Source: the human T2T-CHM13v2.0 reference genome, Homo sapiens. From it: DNA of 64,000 bases. The position numbers and the translations under genes were made by a program. This document shows positions 55,176 to 64,000 of the stretch, in pieces. The number at the start of each line of letters is the position of its first letter. The stretch's first letter is position 1. The notes under the pieces were generated by a model that did no database searches, was not told where the DNA came from, and was given only the letters and a program-made list of their open reading frames with translations. The stretch is taken from assembly GCF_009914755.1 (NCBI RefSeq), contig NC_060927.1. One strand, given 5' to 3'.

Positions 55176-56094
55176 CCAATCCCAAGGCTGGAGTGCCAGA
55201 CTTCTACAGTGAGCACATTGCTATCAGGAGCTTAACTTAAAAGGGAGCAGTAACTTGGGGTAAAAGGAGCTGATCCAGACACACAGATCCCAGACAGGCA
55301 GAAGACTGTAGCACAGAGCCACAGCTCTCTGGAACCTGGGAGAAACAACTCCTTCAACTGACAAGCGGAGAAATGGGGACCTAGAGAGACCAAGTAATGA
55401 AGCTGGTGCTGAGTAAAGCCTAGATGCAAACCCATCTTTTCTGAACTTAATGCTAACAACCTGTCATCACCAGGGGAAAAAAATTGCTCATGGCTTGTGC
55501 CCCAGAGTGGAGGGCTAGCCTCGTCCTTGGTAGTATTTGTCATAGTCATATTTGTGATACTTGAAGTAGCAGAGAGAGACATTTAATGGGTCACAGAGAA
55601 CAGTAAAGAAGTAGCATCACCATGAATGAGGCAGTCTCACATCTTTCCAGGAAAAAGCTAAGTTCCTACTCAGTGTTTATGATGAGAAGTAATCTATAGA
55701 ATCTATTTTATATGTAGAACATCCTATAGCTGAAAATGTTACCTTTCAAAGAAAGTGATTTATTCCTTCCACAAATATTTATTTAATACCTACTATATGC
55801 AAGGTACTAGAAACACTTCCGGGGATGAAAAAGACAGGATGTCATTCAAGCGGCTTGCTGTCTAACACAGGGAATCATCACAATAAAGTAGAAACAGATG
55901 TTATCTCTGCTCTCACCTAATGATCATAGTAACAAACATTTGCAAGTTTACAGAGCACTTAGACATTTATACCTGGAACACCATTCCATTCCTCACCTCC
56001 CTCTCCAGCAGAAAACTCCTGTTCACCCTGCAAAACACTGCTCAAATGTCAAAGCCTTTGTGTAGCTTTCTTTGCCTGCCTACTTTGTCCCCCC

Positions 56095-56180
56095 AAGCAG
56101 ATTCCTTTTTTCCTTCTTTCCTCCTATCTTTCCTCCTGTCCTCCTTTCCTCCATTCTTCTTTCCTTCCCTACTTTCCTAA
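56095..56180. repeat. CT-rich low-complexity tract
   Basis: TTCCTTTTTTCCTTCTTTCCTCCTATCTTTCCTCCTGTCCTCCTTTCCTCC... Confidence 0.75.
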
Positions 56181-56864
56181 TAACAGTGAATTTTTTTAGC
56201 AGTTTCCCCGAGCTAAGCATTAGTGTTAACACTTTACGGGTATTAATGTATTTTAGTCCTCACCACCACTCTGTGGGAAGAATAGGGACACTCCACCATA
56301 TTGTGGTACACGTGTCCGAGAAATTGAATGGTACACAATATTTTCCAACTAGACAGCACTGTCACCAAAGTCTGCATGTGAGGATGGAGAGCTGTCTGCT
56401 GGACATATGTGCTCTCACAGGACTGAGAGGGCCCTAACAGCCACACGTGGGCCAATTCGACCTGCCATGGACCCACCCAGCCCTAAACCCCATGCCAGGC
56501 AGTGGCCCTTGCCTGGACTCTCCACTCCTCCCCACCTGAATTCCTGCCTACTCTTGGGGACCCCTCTGCCAAATGAACCACTTAGCAGTCTTCCTCTGGC
56601 ACCTCCCTAGGCCCCTCAGATGACCAAGCTAGGACCGGCTCTGAATGGAGACTCACCCTCTGCCATCTTCCCTGCAGGTCCAAGCTGTCTGCAGCTTTGT
56701 TCATCCATAGACTGAGTCCCCACCACTCTCCTCCACTGCTCAGCACAGCTGAGCTCAGCCCAGCTGCAGAGAGTAGAGGCACAGGCCCAAGTGGAAAAGG
56801 CCCAGGGTGAGGGCTCAGAGAGACTTCAGAGGCTGCCCAGCCAAGCACACCTGGATTTGAAACC

Positions 56865-57335
56865 AACCACCTGGGCTCAAACCCCAGTTCCAACCCCTAC
56901 TGGTGTGTGGCCTGAGCAAGTGACTGAACAACTCTAAGCCTCATCCTCCTCTCCAGAACATGGGTTTGCAATAATAGCTCTTACCTCACAAGGCTCTTGA
57001 GGAAAAATAAGATACTATAACTGCTTTGTAAACCAGGAAGTGCCATTGTATACATATTTGAGATACTCACATAGCTATTATTATGACATATAATAGTATA
57101 TATTGAGGTGTTAGAGCTTAAAGGTTAAAATATAAATTCTAGAGCCAAGATGTCCAGGATTCAAATCCTAGCTTTGCCACTTATTAGCTATGTGACCTTG
57201 GGCAGGTTAATTAACCTTTCTGAGCTTCAATTTAGTTTCCTCTTCTGTAGTGTTTCAAGAGGGCTAACTAGGTTTATCCATTTAAAGCAATTAAACAGTG
57301 CCAAGTACAGAGTCAGCATTCATACATGCCAGTTA
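56865..57335 (+). mobile_element. Two tandem MIR copies
   Basis: CCTGGGCTCAAACCCCAG...GTGTGGCCTGAGCAAGTGACT, and GGATTCAAATCCTAGCTTTGCCACTTATTAGCTATGTGACCTTGGGCAGGTT. Confidence 0.8.
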
Positions 57336-57649
57336 TGACTAGTGTAGGATTCAAAAGATTAATGTGTTATGATTATATTAACTAATATTTGAGAATTTAC
57401 AGAGCATTTACACATTTGTTTTCTGAAAGCACAAAGCAAGCAATCACTTCTCACCCAGGGAGATTAATGGAGGAGTTGACACTTAGGCTGGGCCTTGAAA
57501 GAGGATTAAGATTTGGACTGGCGGGATGGAAGGTAGAGCCAAGGGTGAGTGGGGAGCGAAGGCAAGGAGGAATCCTGCCCACAGGATGTGTCCCAGGAAC
57601 CTCCAGCTGCTGGGTTGGGTTTCACGAAAGGTTCTTCATCTTTATTGTA

Positions 57650-57795
57650 GAACAGAATCACCTGGGAGCTTTGAAAAAATGTGGCTACCCAGGCTCCATT
57701 CTGAGAGATTCTAAATCAATTGGTTTTAGATGGAACGTGGGCATTAATGATTTTTAAGTTTCTCAGTGTGGCCAGGTTCGAAGACCTCCATGCTA
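57650..57795. mobile_element. MER5 (A/B) MITE fragment
   Basis: CAGAATCACCTGGGAGCTTTGAAAAA...AGAGATTCTAAATCAATTGGT...GCCAGGTTCGAAGACC. Confidence 0.65.
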
Positions 57796-57798
57796 GAG

Positions 57799-57940
57799 CA
57801 GCAGGTCTCAAACTTCAGCTGCATCAGAATTGCCTGGAAGGCTTATTAAAACACAGATCTTTGGGCCCCATCTCCAGAGTTTCTGACTCAGTAGTTATGG
57901 GGTAGGGACCAAGAATATACCTGTCCAACAAGTTTTCAGG
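57799..57940. mobile_element. MER5A MITE, right end lost at the MSTA junction
   Basis: CAGCAGGTCTCAAACTT..GCTGCATCAGAAT..CCTGGAAGGCTTATTAAAACACAGAT...CAGAGTTTCTGACTCAGTAG...AACAAGTTTTCAGG. Confidence 0.85.
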
Positions 57941-58286
57941 TGTTTTAGTCTTTTTTCACACTCCTATAAAGAACTACCTGAGACTGGGTAATTTGTGAAG
58001 AAAAGAGTTTTAATTTACTCACAGTTTTACAGGCTTAACAGGAAGCATGGCTGGGAGGCCTCAGGAAACTTGCAATCATGGCAGAAGGCAAAGGGGAAGC
58101 AGGCACCTTCTTCACAATGAAAGCAGGAGAGAGAGAGGGAGAGAGCAAAAGGGGAAGCATTACACTTTTAAATAATCAGATCTCATGAGAGTTCCATTAC
58201 GAGACAGCACTAAGCGGATGGTGCTAAACCATTAGAAACCACCCCTATGATCCAATTATCTCCCACCAGGCCCCTCCTTCAACACA
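57941..58286 (-). mobile_element. MSTA LTR, 5'-truncated
   Basis: TATAAAGAACTACCTGAGACTGGGTAATTT, GGGAGGCCTCAGGAAACTT.CAATCATGGCAGAAGG, ATGGTGCTAAACCATT, CTCCCACCAGGCCCCTCC. The expected terminal segment is missing. Confidence 0.88.
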
Positions 58287-59499
58287 AGGTAATGTGTTGA
58301 AATGAACCAAAGGAAAAGAAGATTAAGGGGAGCAAAGCATAAAATGCTACAAGGCATTACAATGATAACCGGAAAAAAATTTTAAATGAAAAACAATGTA
58401 GTGAAAGTAAACTGTCAGGGAGAAAGGGCCTGTTCCAGTGTCAGAGCCTGCCTGTGTTGACTAAGGGGACAGCGTTTGACCCTGCATTGAGAGCCTTATG
58501 TGGGGTTCTTGGTTTCTCACTCAGCCTGTGAGCCAACAGCAGGGCCAATGCAAGCCCTGTCCTCGCTCTCCAGCAGCCTGTCTGCCATCCTGTAAGGGAC
58601 TCAGAGTGTTTTGAGAGCAAGGCCCTCGGGCCTGGCATTAATGGTTTTTGTCATCACCAAGCTCAGACGCTGGCAGCTGTTCATCTCACCAACGCCTGTG
58701 CACTAAGGAACACATTTTCCACAAAATCCCAGATAGGGTACAGAATAGCCGAAAACAGACTCTTGTGGTTTAAAGCTTGCCTGTGATCACAGGTCTCACA
58801 CAAGCTGCTGTGAAAGGAAACGAAGAAACACACAAGAGAGCGTTGGAGGGACCGTGTTCTCCCCGACATCTGCAGCTCACTCGGGCCCAAATCACTCAGG
58901 CAGGAGCTGCAGGACAATGAGCAGTGGGTGTTGGAGCATGGAAAATGGGCTTTGATGAGGGCCAGGGCACCATACAAATAACATCAGAAGTCTCATGAAC
59001 AACCACAGGCCACTAAGATTAGTTGAAACTGCAAGGACAGCCAAGAAAGACCCATAGAGTTCTCCATCCCTTCCACCCTGAAACACAAACGGAGACTTTG
59101 CCTACTCTCTGAACAAGGTCAGACCACTTCTTCCACTTGATGAGTGGGACATTATTCCATCATAAGCTTTGTTCTCCTCAAGGGGCTCTATTTGCCACCC
59201 CTGACTTCTTAATGAGGGAAGTAATTCCAGAAGGGTAAGGGGCTGAGGAGTTTTATGCAACACTTGTATGTCCTACAAGGTGTTATTATGCAAGCCACCA
59301 CTTCAAATTACCCCTGAGAGGTTGAGAAGATAAAGCACCACCAGAAAGAACTAAATGACAGGCCCAGAAGCTGCTCTAGGTACTTTGGTAGTAGGTACCT
59401 GCCTGTATAGCCTACCCAGCTGCAGGGAGTTCAAGGGAAGACTCTGAGCTGCTCGAGGAAAGGGGAGGCCAGGCCAGAGAAGTCAGCATCTCCCCTTTG

Positions 59500-59997
59500 T
59501 GCATCTCTAGCATCCTTTCCCCTTCTTGTGGTAACAACACTCTATCACACCTCTACCCAGGTGGTTTGGAGTGAAGCTGCCCTTCACTCCAGCTGGCAGT
59601 TGACCCAGGAATATCCAGACTGTTTCATACCTCTTGCTACAGTGATTGGTGCTGAGTTGGGCATAGGACCCATCCCCTACCAGTGGGCATCAGACACTGA
59701 CTTTTGCAGGAATTGGGGGGGAATCTCTTTTTCTGGTGGGATTATGAGTAGGGAGAGAGCCCAAGCTGCTGGTGGCTCTTGCCACCACATGCAGGGAGCT
59801 CATCCAAGAGGAAAAACAGAGTGAAAAATGTAGGGACATACATTCCTAATTTGGAGGAAAACCAGCAAATCTACCCATGTTTAAAATAAACTCCACCTGT
59901 AAACTTTTTAGTTACATGAGCCAGGAATTTCCCTTTGGTTAATGAAAGTTGATAGCATTTCTGGCACTTGTACAAAAAAAAAATTTTGACCTTTACA
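59500..59997 (+). mobile_element. Old MaLR LTR (MLT1K/L-like)
   Basis: GCTACAGTGATTGG, GCTGCTGGTGGC.CTTGCCACCA, ACTTTTTAGTTACATGAGCCA, TTTCTGGCACTTG. Confidence 0.65.
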
Positions 59998-60414
59998 CCG
60001 AGAAGAAGTATAAGCTCAGGCTTAAAAGCTCAAGCATTCCTCAACTCAAACTGAAGCATCCCTGAGTCATTGTGAGAGTAAAATGCAATGGCCTTTGTAT
60101 ATGCCCAGTGCAGTCTCTGCCACACTGAAGAAATTCTGGACACCATCCCTGTCCTCTGACACCACCACAGTCCCACAGGGCAGACAGACAAAAAAATGAG
60201 GCATCATGTGATAGGAGCACTAATAGAGATGTGGACAGGGTACCAGGGGAGCATGGAGGAGATGAGGGAGCACCTCGTGGCCGAGTGCAGAGAATGTCTG
60301 CTTAATTAAATTGAATTGAATGGAATGGCATTTTGCCTGTCTATGCCCATGAAATCATGATGTGTTTAAAGCCCCCATCAGCTGGCAAGGTAGGAGAGGT
60401 GTGAGCAGAGACCA

Positions 60415-60545
60415 CCATTTATTGAATATCCACTATGCAGCATGTTCTGTGTGCTAGATTTTTGCATCCAATCCTCACAGCAATCTAATGAAGTAACTGT
60501 GAGCATTGTTATTTTATTCATGAGGAAATCAGAGCTCAGAAGGGT
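60415..60545 (-). mobile_element. MIR fragment
   Basis: CATTTATTGAATATCCACTATG...AATCCTCACAGCAATC..ATGAAGTA...ATGAGGAAATCAGAGCTCAGAAGGGTT. Confidence 0.7.
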
Positions 60546-60554
60546 TCATATTCC

Positions 60555-61000
60555 CCAAACAGAAAAATCCAGGGGAAGGTCTAGCTTCAGGAATGGTTTG
60601 ATTCAGGGACTCATGCAATGTTGTGCAACCCTGGTTTCTTTACATCATTCACTCTTGCCTTCCACAGTGTCTTCACCCTTCAACTTGGGGGTTCATAAAA
60701 TGGCCCCTACAGCTTCAGGCTTCCTTCATCCTTTCTGCCTCAAATAAGTAGCAAGAGCATACCCCTACCCCATGGTCCCAAAAGATGCGCTCTTGTGCCT
60801 TATTGTCTCTGAATGAATCACATGCTCATCCCTAAACCAATTGTTGTGACCAGAGAATATGATGCTTTCAGTGCCCAGGATGAGTCAAAACTTGATTTTT
60901 GGAGCTGAGAGTTGGTTCAACTCCCTCAAGTGCGTATGGATAGAGTGGAGTTGACAGTAGCTCCTCAGAAGGAAATTGGGTAAATGGATACTGGATGATA
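60555..61000 (-). mobile_element. Old MaLR LTR (MLT1J/L-like)
   Basis: AAATCCAGGGG....CTAGCTTCAGG.ATGGTTTGAT.CAGGG.CTCA, AAAATGGC, TCACATGCTCATCCCTAAACCAAT. Confidence 0.6.
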
Positions 61001-61290
61001 CATACAGTGAAGTTCAAGACAAGTCTTTCTGCTGCCACATACTTTACTTTAGGAATATAATTCATCCAAATAGGTAGCCCTGGAAATGGTTGAAAACTCA
61101 CAATTTTAAGTATTAAAATAGCAAGTTACACTGGCTTTGGGTTCTCTGGCAGTCCTGAAAATAATATGGATGTAGTGGTACATAAAAATAGGGCTATAAC
61201 TACATCTCTATTTAATTCCAGTCTCCTAACCTCCTTTTTAGCATCTCTGTCTATCAACCTTAAAATTTACACACACAGTGGAGCCTAGGG

Positions 61291-61395
61291 CAGCAGTCCT
61301 CAAACTAGCTGTACATCAGAGTCACTACTGGGGCTTATATAAACACACAAACACCAGACCCTATCTTCTGAAGATCCACAATCAATACATCTATT
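61291..61395. mobile_element. MER5 fragment
   Basis: CAGCAGTCCTCAAACT.GCTGTACATCAGAGTCAC...GGGGCTT. Confidence 0.5.
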
Positions 61396-63559
61396 CCAAG
61401 AACTCCTGGCCTACAGTTTGCTAAACCTGGCAGGAGCATCAAGGTTTACACGGTATTTGCTAAATCTGCAAATGACTGATTAGCTCCCATTTACTCTAGA
61501 CAAAGGCTGAGAAGCAAAGGATATTGAAAGGATATTGACATAGGTTACAAAGGAAGCCACCGCATTTGGTCAGAGCAGTCACTATTAGGTAGCGTTAGGG
61601 GCTGCTGTCTCAGGCTTCACTCCTCTTCCCATCCTGAAATTCCCTCTGTATGAGAGCGAATTTCTTCTACAAACATGATCTTTGATCTTAGCATCTATAC
61701 AAAAAGCTTCTGCTCACCAACCCCAACCATTTAGTTTGAAAACAAATAAAACTAGATTGTGGGTAGTTCAGATGCTCCCAGCATACCTGACCCTGCCTTG
61801 TTTACCTGGGGAAACCAGTCCAAAAACAAAATTGCTGTTGAAGGAATGTCACCAACAGTAACAAGATCACCAAATGTGTGACTATTGTGCATATTTTAGA
61901 AAATACTTTTTCCTAAATAATTGTATTTATTTTATAACAATTTCATGGAGTAAAGATAATGGGGAAATTATCCCCTCATTATGTTTTTCAGACTTTAAAA
62001 TCAGAAAATAATTTTTCTCTCCTCCTGATCTGGCATGTATCTCTTCATTAGATGGTGAATATCAGATCTCCTGGGTATTTTCATTTATGCCTTAGCTTAA
62101 TTTCCAGGTACCCAAGACTAGTTGAACACTTAGCTTTTTGTAGCCAAACTGGCTAGGGTTTGGGTATTATTTCTCCCCATCCTCAGTGTAATATCTGATC
62201 TTTTGTCTCAATAGTCTTATTTCATATGTACCCTTTGTTACAACCTATGAAAGTCTTCTTTGGAAATAAATAATGTAAACATTATTGATAAATAGAGGTA
62301 TGTGGTGTTTATTTTTCATTTATTCATCAGCCAGAGAAGACTTCTGCTTTAACTTGGTTCCAGACCCTCCCCAGTGCCTTGGCTAACTGTTTACACCATG
62401 TGAGCCTTCAGCCCTGTAGGGCGCCCAGCAAGGCTTTCATTGACTTCCTTTCCCCCTTTTTCTCCAACTCCGATTTTCCTTTCTCCCTTTTCCAACTTGT
62501 GAGGTAAACTTTGCTGCAGAGGAAAACCCTGACCAAACACCTAATTTTCCTCTGCGTCCTAAAAGAGCCTCAGATCAAACAGAACAATTAACTCAGCAAA
62601 CAATACCATTAGTCAAGCTCCCTCTGTACCCACCAGCCTGAAACCGAACAAATGCCGAACAAACACCTCTTGGAGCATATGGTGGCAGGGAATTGCAGGG
62701 AGAGATTTTATGGGCCTCTCAGCGGGCCTGCTCCAGCTCTTTGGGAACCAGACTATTTAGCATATGTCACTGTTCCCAGCTGCCTTGGGGCCTTGGCTGG
62801 GGACCACAGCCTTGTGTACTTGTGTACGCAAGTGACAGCATTCAAAATCAGGTACTGATGAGACCGGCTTCCACAGCACTGCAAACCCAGAAGGTGCCCT
62901 GGTCAGGACTCAGGCTCCTCGGGCCTGTTCAACAGAACCCAAAAGAGGAATACACGCACAAGGGTAAGCTTCCCCCAGTTATCCGAGAGCCTGATGCCTC
63001 ACTCACTTTCAGCTCAGTCTGGGAAACTTCTTGGGTACTTACACAGAAATGGAAATTCATTGAAAATCTCAATGTACCATAAGAAAAGTCGTCTTTACAG
63101 AAATCAGAGACTAAAATGACCTATTAAGGTATCTTGTCCACCCCCTATCAGCACGAGATTGGTCCCTGAAGAGCTTCAATAGTTCATTTTTAAATAACTC
63201 CAACAATGCATTTTTCATCACAGAACTCCCCAGGAGAGACTGTTCTAATAGATTTCATTCTTAGAAAGTATACCCAAGATCCATCCTAATTTCTCCATTT
63301 CATAAGCTGCTCCTTGTACCATCCAAAATGATTCCAATAGCTCTTGCTGCATTCTCTCTGTGAGGCACTTGGCTGTAGCAGCCTTGTCATCATGTAGTTT
63401 GTAATTCTTTCTTAATTTGGAGAGGGACTGATGGATAGATTTGAAATTTGCTAAGTGCCTATATGGTTAAAATATACACAGTCTCATAAAGCTGTGCTCT
63501 GTGGTGAAACAGTCAGAAATTAAAGGGTTAAACTGAAGCAAGCATGATGTAAATTAAAG

Positions 63560-63785
63560 CAATTAGAGGTGCAAAGCATGGGATCTGACCAGCCTGGGTT
63601 CAAATCCTGGCTCCACCACCTGCTTAATGGTGTGTCCTTGATATGTTATAGCTCTCTGGGCTTCTGTTTCCTTATGTATAAAATGGGGAAAAAATTGCCT
63701 ATCTCGGAGCATTGTTGAAGAGATTAGGTAAAAGATCAAGGATCTGGCATAGAGTAACAATCATTAAGTAGTATCATCATTATTT
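63560..63785 (+). mobile_element. MIR
   Basis: GCCTGGGTTCAAATCCTGGCTCCACCAC...TGTGTCCTTG...GTTTCCTTATGTATAAAATGGGG...GTTGAAGAGATTA...CTGGCATAGAGTAA. Confidence 0.85.
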
Positions 63786-63985
63786 TTTATTCTAAAAGTG
63801 GCTTAGATGCTAAAAGGATATACTAAGAGCAAGATGTTAGGGTAACTCATTCACACCCAGAGTAGAAAGCCACAGACATTCCTTTTTCCTGAACTGGCTG
63901 CATACATTTGCAGCACTAGGCTGGACCTCTCAGGAGGAATTAGTTAGGGAGATAAGATGTTCTCATATTAAGAGTTAAACAACAC

Positions 63986-64000
63986 AGCCAGGTGTGGTGG
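63986..64000 (+). mobile_element. Probable Alu 5' start, cut by the window edge
   Basis: AGCCAGGTGTGGTGG, preceded by a TT/AAGA endonuclease-like site. Only 15 nt are visible. Confidence 0.5.

Overview
Primate (human-like) genomic DNA: AT-rich, CpG-depleted and heavily repetitive, typical of an intergenic or deep-intronic region. I find no credible host protein-coding exon, RNA gene, CpG island or processed pseudogene. The ORF-track hits I can recognise are degenerate L1 ORF2 fragments and Alu-derived frames; the rest match no protein I know. Recognisable content: six near-complete Alus with target-site duplications (TSDs) plus a probable seventh cut by the right edge, a 5'-truncated L1PA, several older L1M pieces (one near full length), L2, CR1/L3 and MIR remnants, MaLR and ERVL LTRs with one ERVL-type internal segment, and hAT-Charlie MITEs. 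Subfamily names come from recalled consensus sequences, not a RepeatMasker run, so they and many boundaries are approximate. I do not see a new biological system. The best unexplained structure is a 96-bp inverted copy (90/96 identical) at 10913-11008 versus 12486-12581. It appears to have been pasted into an old L1 3' end from a template 1.5 kb away, consistent with a fossil templated-insertion repair event. A fold-back hairpin sits exactly at an MSTA truncation junction. Several CTCF-like motifs and motif-dense repeat-free islands are weaker regulatory candidates.
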